Shown: piece by piece, positions 36,701-51,700 of the stretch
Layout: each line of letters begins with the position of its first letter
Position numbering within the stretch: position 1 is the stretch's first letter
Source: Lingula anatina
Lineage: Eukaryota > Animalia > Brachiopoda
Reading direction: 5' to 3'
Length of the DNA stretch: 64,000 nucleotides
Assembly: GCA_051362555.1 (NCBI GenBank)
Contig: CM120644.1
Span: 10,250,067 to 10,314,066, forward strand
Position numbers and translations under genes: made by a program
The notes under the pieces: generated by a model
What the model saw: the letters and a program-made list of their open reading frames with translations, nothing else
Told to the model about the DNA's origin: nothing
Databases searched by the model: none

Positions 36701-39700
36701 GTGAAACTGCCCACGGTGTTGGCGCATGTGGCATTCTCAGCGCAATCATCTGTGGCTAGGGCACATTCGTCTACATCGGCACACGCTGTGCCGTCGCCGG
36801 TGAAACCAGCCAGGCAGGTGCAGGTGAAACTGCCCACGGTGTTGGCGCATGTGGCATTCTCAGCGCAATCATCTGTGGCTAGGGCACATTCGTCTACATC
36901 GGCACACGCTGTGCCGTCGCCGGTGAAACCAGCCAGGCAGGTGCAGGTGAAACTGCCCACGGTGTTGGCGCATGTGGCATTCTCAGCGCAATCATCTGTG
37001 GCTAGGGCACATTCGTCTACATCGGCACACGCTGTGCCGTCGCCGGTGAAACCAGCCAGGCAGGTGCAGGTGAAACTGCCCACGGTGTTGGCGCATGTGG
37101 CATTCTCAGCGCAATCATCTGTGGCTAGGGCACATTCGTCTACATCGGCACACGCTGTGCCGTCGCCGGTGAAACCAGCCAGGCAGGTGCAGGTGAAACT
37201 GCCCACGGTGTTGGCGCATGTGGCATTCTCAGCGCAATCATCTGTGGCTAGGGCACATTCGTCTACATCGGCACACGCTGTGCCGTCGCCGGTGAAACCA
37301 GCCAGGCAGGTGCAGGTGAAACTGCCCACGGTGTTGGCGCATGTGGCATTCTCAGCGCAATCATCTGTGGCTAGGGCACATTCGTCTACATCGGCACACG
37401 CTGTGCCGTCGCCGGTGAAACCAGCCAGGCAGGTGCAGGTGAAACTGCCCACGGTGTTGGCGCATGTGGCATTCTCAGCGCAATCATCTGTGGCTAGGGC
37501 ACATTCGTCTACATCGGCACACGCTGTGCCGTCGCCGGTGAAACCAGCCAGGCAGGTGCAGGTGAAACTGCCCACGGTGTTGGCGCATGTGGCATTCTCA
37601 GCGCAATCATCTGTGGCTAGGGCACATTCGTCTACATCGGCACACGCTGTGCCGTCGCCGGTGAAACCAGCCAGGCAGGTGCAGGTGAAACTGCCCACGG
37701 TGTTGGCGCATGTGGCATTCTCAGCGCAATCATCTGTGGCTAGGGCACATTCGTCTACATCGGCACACGCTGTGCCGTCGCCGGTGAAACCAGCCAGGCA
37801 GGTGCAGGTGAAACTGCCCACGGTGTTGGCGCATGTGGCATTCTCAGCGCAATCATCTGTGGCTAGGGCACATTCGTCTACATCGGCACACGCTGTGCCG
37901 TCGCCGGTGAAACCAGCCAGGCAGGTGCAGGTGAAACTGCCCACGGTGTTGGCGCATGTGGCATTCTCAGCGCAATCATCTGTGGCTAGGGCACATTCGT
38001 CTACATCGGCACACGCTGTGCCGTCGCCGGTGAAACCAGCCAGGCAGGTGCAGGTGAAACTGCCCACGGTGTTGGCGCATGTGGCATTCTCAGCGCAATC
38101 ATCTGTGGCTAGGGCACATTCGTCTACATCGGCACACGCTGTGCCGTCGCCGGTGAAACCAGCCAGGCAGGTGCAGGTGAAACTGCCCACGGTGTTGGCG
38201 CATGTGGCATTCTCAGCGCAATCATCTGTGGCTAGGGCACATTCGTCTACATCGGCACACGCTGTGCCGTCGCCGGTGAAACCAGCCAGGCAGGTGCAGG
38301 TGAAACTGCCCACGGTGTTGGCGCATGTGGCATTCTCAGCGCAATCATCTGTGGCTAGGGCACATTCGTCTACATCGGCACACGCTGTGCCGTCGCCGGT
38401 GAAACCAGCCAGGCAGGTGCAGGTGAAACTGCCCACGGTGTTGGCGCATGTGGCATTCTCAGCGCAATCATCTGTGGCTAGGGCACATTCGTCTACATCG
38501 GCACACGCTGTGCCGTCGCCGGTGAAACCAGCCAGGCAGGTGCAGGTGAAACTGCCCACGGTGTTGGCGCATGTGGCATTCTCAGCGCAATCATCTGTGG
38601 CTAGGGCACATTCGTCTACATCGGCACACGCTGTGCCGTCGCCGGTGAAACCAGCCAGGCAGGTGCAGGTGAAACTGCCCACGGTGTTGGCGCATGTGGC
38701 ATTCTCAGCGCAATCATCTGTGGCTAGGGCACATTCGTCTACATCGGCACACGCTGTGCCGTCGCCGGTGAAACCAGCCAGGCAGGTGCAGGTGAAACTG
38801 CCCACGGTGTTGGCGCATGTGGCATTCTCAGCGCAATCATCTGTGGCTAGGGCACATTCGTCTACATCGGCACACGCTGTGCCGTCGCCGGTGAAACCAG
38901 CCAGGCAGGTGCAGGTGAAACTGCCCACGGTGTTGGCGCATGTGGCATTCTCAGCGCAATCATCTGTGGCTAGGGCACATTCGTCTACATCGGCACACGC
39001 TGTGCCGTCGCCGGTGAAACCAGCCAGGCAGGTGCAGGTGAAACTGCCCACGGTGTTGGCGCATGTGGCATTCTCAGCGCAATCATCTGTGGCTAGGGCA
39101 CATTCGTCTACATCGGCACACGCTGTGCCGTCGCCGGTGAAACCAGCCAGGCAGGTGCAGGTGAAACTGCCCACGGTGTTGGCGCATGTGGCATTCTCAG
39201 CGCAATCATCTGTGGCTAGGGCACATTCGTCTACATCGGCACACGCTGTGCCGTCGCCGGTGAAACCAGCCAGGCAGGTGCAGGTGAAACTGCCCACGGT
39301 GTTGGCGCATGTGGCATTCTCAGCGCAATCATCTGTGGCTAGGGCACATTCGTCTACATCGGCACACGCTGTGCCGTCGCCGGTGAAACCAGCCAGGCAG
39401 GTGCAGGTGAAACTGCCCACGGTGTTGGCGCATGTGGCATTCTCAGCGCAATCATCTGTGGCTAGGGCACATTCGTCTACATCGGCACACGCTGTGCCGT
39501 CGCCGGTGAAACCAGCCAGGCAGGTGCAGGTGAAACTGCCCACGGTGTTGGCGCATGTGGCATTCTCAGCGCAATCATCTGTGGCTAGGGCACATTCGTC
39601 TACATCGGCACACGCTGTGCCGTCGCCGGTGAAACCAGCCAGGCAGGTGCAGGTGAAACTGCCCACGGTGTTGGCGCATGTGGCATTCTCAGCGCAATCA

Positions 39701-42700
39701 TCTGTGGCTAGGGCACATTCGTCTACATCGGCACACGCTGTGCCGTCGCCGGTGAAACCAGCCAGGCAGGTGCAGGTGAAACTGCCCACGGTGTTGGCGC
39801 ATGTGGCATTCTCAGCGCAATCATCTGTGGCTAGGGCACATTCGTCTACATCGGCACACGCTGTGCCGTCGCCGGTGAAACCAGCCAGGCAGGTGCAGGT
39901 GAAACTGCCCACGGTGTTGGCGCATGTGGCATTCTCAGCGCAATCATCTGTGGCTAGGGCACATTCGTCTACATCGGCACACGCTGTGCCGTCGCCGGTG
40001 AAACCAGCCAGGCAGGTGCAGGTGAAACTGCCCACGGTGTTGGCGCATGTGGCATTCTCAGCGCAATCATCTGTGGCTAGGGCACATTCGTCTACATCGG
40101 CACACGCTGTGCCGTCGCCGGTGAAACCAGCCAGGCAGGTGCAGGTGAAACTGCCCACGGTGTTGGCGCATGTGGCATTCTCAGCGCAATCATCTGTGGC
40201 TAGGGCACATTCGTCTACATCGGCACACGCTGTGCCGTCGCCGGTGAAACCAGCCAGGCAGGTGCAGGTGAAACTGCCCACGGTGTTGGCGCATGTGGCA
40301 TTCTCAGCGCAATCATCTGTGGCTAGGGCACATTCGTCTACATCGGCACACGCTGTGCCGTCGCCGGTGAAACCAGCCAGGCAGGTGCAGGTGAAACTGC
40401 CCACGGTGTTGGCGCATGTGGCATTCTCAGCGCAATCATCTGTGGCTAGGGCACATTCGTCTACATCGGCACACGCTGTGCCGTCGCCGGTGAAACCAGC
40501 CAGGCAGGTGCAGGTGAAACTGCCCACGGTGTTGGCGCATGTGGCATTCTCAGCGCAATCATCTGTGGCTAGGGCACATTCGTCTACATCGGCACACGCT
40601 GTGCCGTCGCCGGTGAAACCAGCCAGGCAGGTGCAGGTGAAACTGCCCACGGTGTTGGCGCATGTGGCATTCTCAGCGCAATCATCTGTGGCTAGGGCAC
40701 ATTCGTCTACATCGGCACACGCTGTGCCGTCGCCGGTGAAACCAGCCAGGCAGGTGCAGGTGAAACTGCCCACGGTGTTGGCGCATGTGGCATTCTCAGC
40801 GCAATCATCTGTGGCTAGGGCACATTCGTCTACATCGGCACACGCTGTGCCGTCGCCGGTGAAACCAGCCAGGCAGGTGCAGGTGAAACTGCCCACGGTG
40901 TTGGCGCATGTGGCATTCTCAGCGCAATCATCTGTGGCTAGGGCACATTCGTCTACATCGGCACACGCTGTGCCGTCGCCGGTGAAACCAGCCAGGCAGG
41001 TGCAGGTGAAACTGCCCACGGTGTTGGCGCATGTGGCATTCTCAGCGCAATCATCTGTGGCTAGGGCACATTCGTCTACATCGGCACACGCTGTGCCGTC
41101 GCCGGTGAAACCAGCCAGGCAGGTGCAGGTGAAACTGCCCACGGTGTTGGCGCATGTGGCATTCTCAGCGCAATCATCTGTGGCTAGGGCACATTCGTCT
41201 ACATCGGCACACGCTGTGCCGTCGCCGGTGAAACCAGCCAGGCAGGTGCAGGTGAAACTGCCCACGGTGTTGGCGCATGTGGCATTCTCAGCGCAATCAT
41301 CTGTGGCTAGGGCACATTCGTCTACATCGGCACACGCTGTGCCGTCGCCGGTGAAACCAGCCAGGCAGGTGCAGGTGAAACTGCCCACGGTGTTGGCGCA
41401 TGTGGCATTCTCAGCGCAATCATCTGTGGCTAGGGCACATTCGTCTACATCGGCACACGCTGTGCCGTCGCCGGTGAAACCAGCCAGGCAGGTGCAGGTG
41501 AAACTGCCCACGGTGTTGGCGCATGTGGCATTCTCAGCGCAATCATCTGTGGCTAGGGCACATTCGTCTACATCGGCACACGCTGTGCCGTCGCCGGTGA
41601 AACCAGCCAGGCAGGTGCAGGTGAAACTGCCCACGGTGTTGGCGCATGTGGCATTCTCAGCGCAATCATCTGTGGCTAGGGCACATTCGTCTACATCGGC
41701 ACACGCTGTGCCGTCGCCGGTGAAACCAGCCAGGCAGGTGCAGGTGAAACTGCCCACGGTGTTGGCGCATGTGGCATTCTCAGCGCAATCATCTGTGGCT
41801 AGGGCACATTCGTCTACATCGGCACACGCTGTGCCGTCGCCGGTGAAACCAGCCAGGCAGGTGCAGGTGAAACTGCCCACGGTGTTGGCGCATGTGGCAT
41901 TCTCAGCGCAATCATCTGTGGCTAGGGCACATTCGTCTACATCGGCACACGCTGTGCCGTCGCCGGTGAAACCAGCCAGGCAGGTGCAGGTGAAACTGCC
42001 CACGGTGTTGGCGCATGTGGCATTCTCAGCGCAATCATCTGTGGCTAGGGCACATTCGTCTACATCGGCACACGCTGTGCCGTCGCCGGTGAAACCAGCC
42101 AGGCAGGTGCAGGTGAAACTGCCCACGGTGTTGGCGCATGTGGCATTCTCAGCGCAATCATCTGTGGCTAGGGCACATTCGTCTACATCGGCACACGCTG
42201 TGCCGTCGCCGGTGAAACCAGCCAGGCAGGTGCAGGTGAAACTGCCCACGGTGTTGGCGCATGTGGCATTCTCAGCGCAATCATCTGTGGCTAGGGCACA
42301 TTCGTCTACATCGGCACACGCTGTGCCGTCGCCGGTGAAACCAGCCAGGCAGGTGCAGGTGAAACTGCCCACGGTGTTGGCGCATGTGGCATTCTCAGCG
42401 CAATCATCTGTGGCTAGGGCACATTCGTCTACATCGGCACACGCTGTGCCGTCGCCGGTGAAACCAGCCAGGCAGGTGCAGGTGAAACTGCCCACGGTGT
42501 TGGCGCATGTGGCATTCTCAGCGCAATCATCTGTGGCTAGGGCACATTCGTCTACATCGGCACACGCTGTGCCGTCGCCGGTGAAACCAGCCAGGCAGGT
42601 GCAGGTGAAACTGCCCACGGTGTTGGCGCATGTGGCATTCTCAGCGCAATCATCTGTGGCTAGGGCACATTCGTCTACATCGGCACACGCTGTGCCGTCG

Positions 42701-45700
42701 CCGGTGAAACCAGCCAGGCAGGTGCAGGTGAAACTGCCCACGGTGTTGGCGCATGTGGCATTCTCAGCGCAATCATCTGTGGCTAGGGCACATTCGTCTA
42801 CATCGGCACACGCTGTGCCGTCGCCGGTGAAACCAGCCAGGCAGGTGCAGGTGAAACTGCCCACGGTGTTGGCGCATGTGGCATTCTCAGCGCAATCATC
42901 TGTGGCTAGGGCACATTCGTCTACATCGGCACACGCTGTGCCGTCGCCGGTGAAACCAGCCAGGCAGGTGCAGGTGAAACTGCCCACGGTGTTGGCGCAT
43001 GTGGCATTCTCAGCGCAATCATCTGTGGCTAGGGCACATTCGTCTACATCGGCACACGCTGTGCCGTCGCCGGTGAAACCAGCCAGGCAGGTGCAGGTGA
43101 AACTGCCCACGGTGTTGGCGCATGTGGCATTCTCAGCGCAATCATCTGTGGCTAGGGCACATTCGTCTACATCGGCACACGCTGTGCCGTCGCCGGTGAA
43201 ACCAGCCAGGCAGGTGCAGGTGAAACTGCCCACGGTGTTGGCGCATGTGGCATTCTCAGCGCAATCATCTGTGGCTAGGGCACATTCGTCTACATCGGCA
43301 CACGCTGTGCCGTCGCCGGTGAAACCAGCCAGGCAGGTGCAGGTGAAACTGCCCACGGTGTTGGCGCATGTGGCATTCTCAGCGCAATCATCTGTGGCTA
43401 GGGCACATTCGTCTACATCGGCACACGCTGTGCCGTCGCCGGTGAAACCAGCCAGGCAGGTGCAGGTGAAACTGCCCACGGTGTTGGCGCATGTGGCATT
43501 CTCAGCGCAATCATCTGTGGCTAGGGCACATTCGTCTACATCGGCACACGCTGTGCCGTCGCCGGTGAAACCAGCCAGGCAGGTGCAGGTGAAACTGCCC
43601 ACGGTGTTGGCGCATGTGGCATTCTCAGCGCAATCATCTGTGGCTAGGGCACATTCGTCTACATCGGCACACGCTGTGCCGTCGCCGGTGAAACCAGCCA
43701 GGCAGGTGCAGGTGAAACTGCCCACGGTGTTGGCGCATGTGGCATTCTCAGCGCAATCATCTGTGGCTAGGGCACATTCGTCTACATCGGCACACGCTGT
43801 GCCGTCGCCGGTGAAACCAGCCAGGCAGGTGCAGGTGAAACTGCCCACGGTGTTGGCGCATGTGGCATTCTCAGCGCAATCATCTGTGGCTAGGGCACAT
43901 TCGTCTACATCGGCACACGCTGTGCCGTCGCCGGTGAAACCAGCCAGGCAGGTGCAGGTGAAACTGCCCACGGTGTTGGCGCATGTGGCATTCTCAGCGC
44001 AATCATCTGTGGCTAGGGCACATTCGTCTACATCGGCACACGCTGTGCCGTCGCCGGTGAAACCAGCCAGGCAGGTGCAGGTGAAACTGCCCACGGTGTT
44101 GGCGCATGTGGCATTCTCAGCGCAATCATCTGTGGCTAGGGCACATTCGTCTACATCGGCACACGCTGTGCCGTCGCCGGTGAAACCAGCCAGGCAGGTG
44201 CAGGTGAAACTGCCCACGGTGTTGGCGCATGTGGCATTCTCAGCGCAATCATCTGTGGCTAGGGCACATTCGTCTACATCGGCACACGCTGTGCCGTCGC
44301 CGGTGAAACCAGCCAGGCAGGTGCAGGTGAAACTGCCCACGGTGTTGGCGCATGTGGCATTCTCAGCGCAATCATCTGTGGCTAGGGCACATTCGTCTAC
44401 ATCGGCACACGCTGTGCCGTCGCCGGTGAAACCAGCCAGGCAGGTGCAGGTGAAACTGCCCACGGTGTTGGCGCATGTGGCATTCTCAGCGCAATCATCT
44501 GTGGCTAGGGCACATTCGTCTACATCGGCACACGCTGTGCCGTCGCCGGTGAAACCAGCCAGGCAGGTGCAGGTGAAACTGCCCACGGTGTTGGCGCATG
44601 TGGCATTCTCAGCGCAATCATCTGTGGCTAGGGCACATTCGTCTACATCGGCACACGCTGTGCCGTCGCCGGTGAAACCAGCCAGGCAGGTGCAGGTGAA
44701 ACTGCCCACGGTGTTGGCGCATGTGGCATTCTCAGCGCAATCATCTGTGGCTAGGGCACATTCGTCTACATCGGCACACGCTGTGCCGTCGCCGGTGAAA
44801 CCAGCCAGGCAGGTGCAGGTGAAACTGCCCACGGTGTTGGCGCATGTGGCATTCTCAGCGCAATCATCTGTGGCTAGGGCACATTCGTCTACATCGGCAC
44901 ACGCTGTGCCGTCGCCGGTGAAACCAGCCAGGCAGGTGCAGGTGAAACTGCCCACGGTGTTGGCGCATGTGGCATTCTCAGCGCAATCATCTGTGGCTAG
45001 GGCACATTCGTCTACATCGGCACACGCTGTGCCGTCGCCGGTGAAACCAGCCAGGCAGGTGCAGGTGAAACTGCCCACGGTGTTGGCGCATGTGGCATTC
45101 TCAGCGCAATCATCTGTGGCTAGGGCACATTCGTCTACATCGGCACACGCTGTGCCGTCGCCGGTGAAACCAGCCAGGCAGGTGCAGGTGTAAACTGCCC
45201 ACGGTGTTGGCGCATGTGGCATTCTCAGCGCAATCATCTGTGGCTAGGGCACATTCGTCTACATCGGCACACGCTGTGCCGTCGCCGGTGAAACCAGCCA
45301 GGCAGGTGCAGGTGAAACTGCCCACGGTGTTGGCGCATGTGGCATTCTCAGCGCAATCATCTGTGGCTAGGGCACATTCGTCTACATCGGCACACGCTGT
45401 GCCGTCGCCGGTGAAACCAGCCAGGCAGGTGCAGGTGAAACTGCCCACGGTGTTGGCGCATGTGGCATTCTCAGCGCAATCATCTGTGGCTAGGGCACAT
45501 TCGTCTACATCGGCACACGCTGTGCCGTCGCCGGTGAAACCAGCCAGGCAGGTGCAGGTGAAACTGCCCACGGTGTTGGCGCATGTGGCATTCTCAGCGC
45601 AATCATCTGTGGCTAGGGCACATTCGTCTACATCGGCACACGCTGTGCCGTCGCCGGTGAAACCAGCCAGGCAGGTGCAGGTGAAACTGCCCACGGTGTT

Positions 45701-48700
45701 GGCGCATGTGGCATTCTCAGCGCAATCATCTGTGGCTAGGGCACATTCGTCTACATCGGCACACGCTGTGCCGTCGCCGGTGAAACCAGCCAGGCAGGTG
45801 CAGGTGAAACTGCCCACGGTGTTGGCGCATGTGGCATTCTCAGCGCAATCATCTGTGGCTAGGGCACATTCGTCTACATCGGCACACGCTGTGCCGTCGC
45901 CGGTGAAACCAGCCAGGCAGGTGCAGGTGAAACTGCCCACGGTGTTGGCGCATGTGGCATTCTCAGCGCAATCATCTGTGGCTAGGGCACATTCGTCTAC
46001 ATCGGCACACGCTGTGCCGTCGCCGGTGAAACCAGCCAGGCAGGTGCAGGTGAAACTGCCCACGGTGTTGGCGCATGTGGCATTCTCAGCGCAATCATCT
46101 GTGGCTAGGGCACATTCGTCTACATCGGCACACGCTGTGCCGTCGCCGGTGAAACCAGCCAGGCAGGTGCAGGTGAAACTGCCCACGGTGTTGGCGCATG
46201 TGGCATTCTCAGCGCAATCATCTGTGGCTAGGGCACATTCGTCTACATCGGCACACGCTGTGCCGTCGCCGGTGAAACCAGCCAGGCAGGTGCAGGTGAA
46301 ACTGCCCACGGTGTTGGCGCATGTGGCATTCTCAGCGCAATCATCTGTGGCTAGGGCACATTCGTCTACATCGGCACACGCTGTGCCGTCGCCGGTGAAA
46401 CCAGCCAGGCAGGTGCAGGTGAAACTGCCCACGGTGTTGGCGCATGTGGCATTCTCAGCGCAATCATCTGTGGCTAGGGCACATTCGTCTACATCGGCAC
46501 ACGCTGTGCCGTCGCCGGTGAAACCAGCCAGGCAGGTGCAGGTGAAACTGCCCACGGTGTTGGCGCATGTGGCATTCTCAGCGCAATCATCTGTGGCTAG
46601 GGCACATTCGTCTACATCGGCACACGCTGTGCCGTCGCCGGTGAAACCAGCCAGGCAGGTGCAGGTGAAACTGCCCACGGTGTTGGCGCATGTGGCATTC
46701 TCAGCGCAATCATCTGTGGCTAGGGCACATTCGTCTACATCGGCACACGCTGTGCCGTCGCCGGTGAAACCAGCCAGGCAGGTGCAGGTGAAACTGCCCA
46801 CGGTGTTGGCGCATGTGGCATTCTCAGCGCAATCATCTGTGGCTAGGGCACATTCGTCTACATCGGCACACGCTGTGCCGTCGCCGGTGAAACCAGCCAG
46901 GCAGGTGCAGGTGAAACTGCCCACGGTGTTGGCGCATGTGGCATTCTCAGCGCAATCATCTGTGGCTAGGGCACATTCGTCTACATCGGCACACGCTGTG
47001 CCGTCGCCGGTGAAACCAGCCAGGCAGGTGCAGGTGAAACTGCCCACGGTGTTGGCGCATGTGGCATTCTCAGCGCAATCATCTGTGGCTAGGGCACATT
47101 CGTCTACATCGGCACACGCTGTGCCGTCGCCGGTGAAACCAGCCAGGCAGGTGCAGGTGAAACTGCCCACGGTGTTGGCGCATGTGGCATTCTCAGCGCA
47201 ATCATCTGTGGCTAGGGCACATTCGTCTACATCGGCACACGCTGTGCCGTCGCCGGTGAAACCAGCCAGGCAGGTGCAGGTGAAACTGCCCACGGTGTTG
47301 GCGCATGTGGCATTCTCAGCGCAATCATCTGTGGCTAGGGCACATTCGTCTACATCGGCACACGCTGTGCCGTCGCCGGTGAAACCAGCCAGGCAGGTGC
47401 AGGTGAAACTGCCCACGGTGTTGGCGCATGTGGCATTCTCAGCGCAATCATCTGTGGCTAGGGCACATTCGTCTACATCGGCACACGCTGTGCCGTCGCC
47501 GGTGAAACCAGCCAGGCAGGTGCAGGTGAAACTGCCCACGGTGTTGGCGCATGTGGCATTCTCAGCGCAATCATCTGTGGCTAGGGCACATTCGTCTACA
47601 TCGGCACACGCTGTGCCGTCGCCGGTGAAACCAGCCAGGCAGGTGCAGGTGAAACTGCCCACGGTGTTGGCGCATGTGGCATTCTCAGCGCAATCATCTG
47701 TGGCTAGGGCACATTCGTCTACATCGGCACACGCTGTGCCGTCGCCGGTGAAACCAGCCAGGCAGGTGCAGGTGAAACTGCCCACGGTGTTGGCGCATGT
47801 GGCATTCTCAGCGCAATCATCTGTGGCTAGGGCACATTCGTCTACATCGGCACACGCTGTGCCGTCGCCGGTGAAACCAGCCAGGCAGGTGCAGGTGAAA
47901 CTGCCCACGGTGTTGGCGCATGTGGCATTCTCAGCGCAATCATCTGTGGCTAGGGCACATTCGTCTACATCGGCACACGCTGTGCCGTCGCCGGTGAAAC
48001 CAGCCAGGCAGGTGCAGGTGAAACTGCCCACGGTGTTGGCGCATGTGGCATTCTCAGCGCAATCATCTGTGGCTAGGGCACATTCGTCTACATCGGCACA
48101 CGCTGTGCCGTCGCCGGTGAAACCAGCCAGGCAGGTGCAGGTGAAACTGCCCACGGTGTTGGCGCATGTGGCATTCTCAGCGCAATCATCTGTGGCTAGG
48201 GCACATTCGTCTACATCGGCACACGCTGTGCCGTCGCCGGTGAAACCAGCCAGGCAGGTGCAGGTGAAACTGCCCACGGTGTTGGCGCATGTGGCATTCT
48301 CAGCGCAATCATCTGTGGCTAGGGCACATTCGTCTACATCGGCACACGCTGTGCCGTCGCCGGTGAAACCAGCCAGGCAGGTGCAGGTGAAACTGCCCAC
48401 GGTGTTGGCGCATGTGGCATTCTCAGCGCAATCATCTGTGGCTAGGGCACATTCGTCTACATCGGCACACGCTGTGCCGTCGCCGGTGAAACCAGCCAGG
48501 CAGGTGCAGGTGAAACTGCCCACGGTGTTGGCGCATGTGGCATTCTCAGCGCAATCATCTGTGGCTAGGGCACATTCGTCTACATCGGCACACGCTGTGC
48601 CGTCGCCGGTGAAACCAGCCAGGCAGGTGCAGGTGAAACTGCCCACGGTGTTGGCGCATGTGGCATTCTCAGCGCAATCATCTGTGGCTAGGGCACATTC

Positions 48701-51700
48701 GTCTACATCGGCACACGCTGTGCCGTCGCCGGTGAAACCAGCCAGGCAGGTGCAGGTGAAACTGCCCACGGTGTTGGCGCATGTGGCATTCTCAGCGCAA
48801 TCATCTGTGGCTAGGGCACATTCGTCTACATCGGCACACGCTGTGCCGTCGCCGGTGAAACCAGCCAGGCAGGTGCAGGTGAAACTGCCCACGGTGTTGG
48901 CGCATGTGGCATTCTCAGCGCAATCATCTGTGGCTAGGGCACATTCGTCTACATCGGCACACGCTGTGCCGTCGCCGGTGAAACCAGCCAGGCAGGTGCA
49001 GGTGAAACTGCCCACGGTGTTGGCGCATGTGGCATTCTCAGCGCAATCATCTGTGGCTAGGGCACATTCGTCTACATCGGCACACGCTGTGCCGTCGCCG
49101 GTGAAACCAGCCAGGCAGGTGCAGGTGAAACTGCCCACGGTGTTGGCGCATGTGGCATTCTCAGCGCAATCATCTGTGGCTAGGGCACATTCGTCTACAT
49201 CGGCACACGCTGTGCCGTCGCCGGTGAAACCAGCCAGGCAGGTGCAGGTGAAACTGCCCACGGTGTTGGCGCATGTGGCATTCTCAGCGCAATCATCTGT
49301 GGCTAGGGCACATTCGTCTACATCGGCACACGCTGTGCCGTCGCCGGTGAAACCAGCCAGGCAGGTGCAGGTGAAACTGCCCACGGTGTTGGCGCATGTG
49401 GCATTCTCAGCGCAATCATCTGTGGCTAGGGCACATTCGTCTACATCGGCACACGCTGTGCCGTCGCCGGTGAAACCAGCCAGGCAGGTGCAGGTGAAAC
49501 TGCCCACGGTGTTGGCGCATGTGGCATTCTCAGCGCAATCATCTGTGGCTAGGGCACATTCGTCTACATCGGCACACGCTGTGCCGTCGCCGGTGAAACC
49601 AGCCAGGCAGGTGCAGGTGAAACTGCCCACGGTGTTGGCGCATGTGGCATTCTCAGCGCAATCATCTGTGGCTAGGGCACATTCGTCTACATCGGCACAC
49701 GCTGTGCCGTCGCCGGTGAAACCAGCCAGGCAGGTGCAGGTGAAACTGCCCACGGTGTTGGCGCATGTGGCATTCTCAGCGCAATCATCTGTGGCTAGGG
49801 CACATTCGTCTACATCGGCACACGCTGTGCCGTCGCCGGTGAAACCAGCCAGGCAGGTGCAGGTGAAACTGCCCACGGTGTTGGCGCATGTGGCATTCTC
49901 AGCGCAATCATCTGTGGCTAGGGCACATTCGTCTACATCGGCACACGCTGTGCCGTCGCCGGTGAAACCAGCCAGGCAGGTGCAGGTGAAACTGCCCACG
50001 GTGTTGGCGCATGTGGCATTCTCAGCGCAATCATCTGTGGCTAGGGCACATTCGTCTACATCGGCACACGCTGTGCCGTCGCCGGTGAAACCAGCCAGGC
50101 AGGTGCAGGTGAAACTGCCCACGGTGTTGGCGCATGTGGCATTCTCAGCGCAATCATCTGTGGCTAGGGCACATTCGTCTACATCGGCACACGCTGTGCC
50201 GTCGCCGGTGAAACCAGCCAGGCAGGTGCAGGTGAAACTGCCCACGGTGTTGGCGCATGTGGCATTCTCAGCGCAATCATCTGTGGCTAGGGCACATTCG
50301 TCTACATCGGCACACGCTGTGCCGTCGCCGGTGAAACCAGCCAGGCAGGTGCAGGTGAAACTGCCCACGGTGTTGGCGCATGTGGCATTCTCAGCGCAAT
50401 CATCTGTGGCTAGGGCACATTCGTCTACATCGGCACACGCTGTGCCGTCGCCGGTGAAACCAGCCAGGCAGGTGCAGGTGAAACTGCCCACGGTGTTGGC
50501 GCATGTGGCATTCTCAGCGCAATCATCTGTGGCTAGGGCACATTCGTCTACATCGGCACACGCTGTGCCGTCGCCGGTGAAACCAGCCAGGCAGGTGCAG
50601 GTGAAACTGCCCACGGTGTTGGCGCATGTGGCATTCTCAGCGCAATCATCTGTGGCTAGGGCACATTCGTCTACATCGGCACACGCTGTGCCGTCGCCGG
50701 TGAAACCAGCCAGGCAGGTGCAGGTGAAACTGCCCACGGTGTTGGCGCATGTGGCATTCTCAGCGCAATCATCTGTGGCTAGGGCACATTCGTCTACATC
50801 GGCACACGCTGTGCCGTCGCCGGTGAAACCAGCCAGGCAGGTGCAGGTGAAACTGCCCACGGTGTTGGCGCATGTGGCATTCTCAGCGCAATCATCTGTG
50901 GCTAGGGCACATTCGTCTACATCGGCACACGCTGTGCCGTCGCCGGTGAAACCAGCCAGGCAGGTGCAGGTGAAACTGCCCACGGTGTTGGCGCATGTGG
51001 CATTCTCAGCGCAATCATCTGTGGCTAGGGCACATTCGTCTACATCGGCACACGCTGTGCCGTCGCCGGTGAAACCAGCCAGGCAGGTGCAGGTGAAACT
51101 GCCCACGGTGTTGGCGCATGTGGCATTCTCAGCGCAATCATCTGTGGCTAGGGCACATTCGTCTACATCGGCACACGCTGTGCCGTCGCCGGTGAAACCA
51201 GCCAGGCAGGTGCAGGTGAAACTGCCCACGGTGTTGGCGCATGTGGCATTCTCAGCGCAATCATCTGTGGCTAGGGCACATTCGTCTACATCGGCACACG
51301 CTGTGCCGTCGCCGGTGAAACCAGCCAGGCAGGTGCAGGTGAAACTGCCCACGGTGTTGGCGCATGTGGCATTCTCAGCGCAATCATCTGTGGCTAGGGC
51401 ACATTCGTCTACATCGGCACACGCTGTGCCGTCGCCGGTGAAACCAGCCAGGCAGGTGCAGGTGAAACTGCCCACGGTGTTGGCGCATGTGGCATTCTCA
51501 GCGCAATCATCTGTGGCTAGGGCACATTCGTCTACATCGGCACACGCTGTGCCGTCGCCGGTGAAACCAGCCAGGCAGGTGCAGGTGAAACTGCCCACGG
51601 TGTTGGCGCATGTGGCATTCTCAGCGCAATCATCTGTGGCTAGGGCACATTCGTCTACATCGGCACACGCTGTGCCGTCGCCGGTGAAACCAGCCAGGCA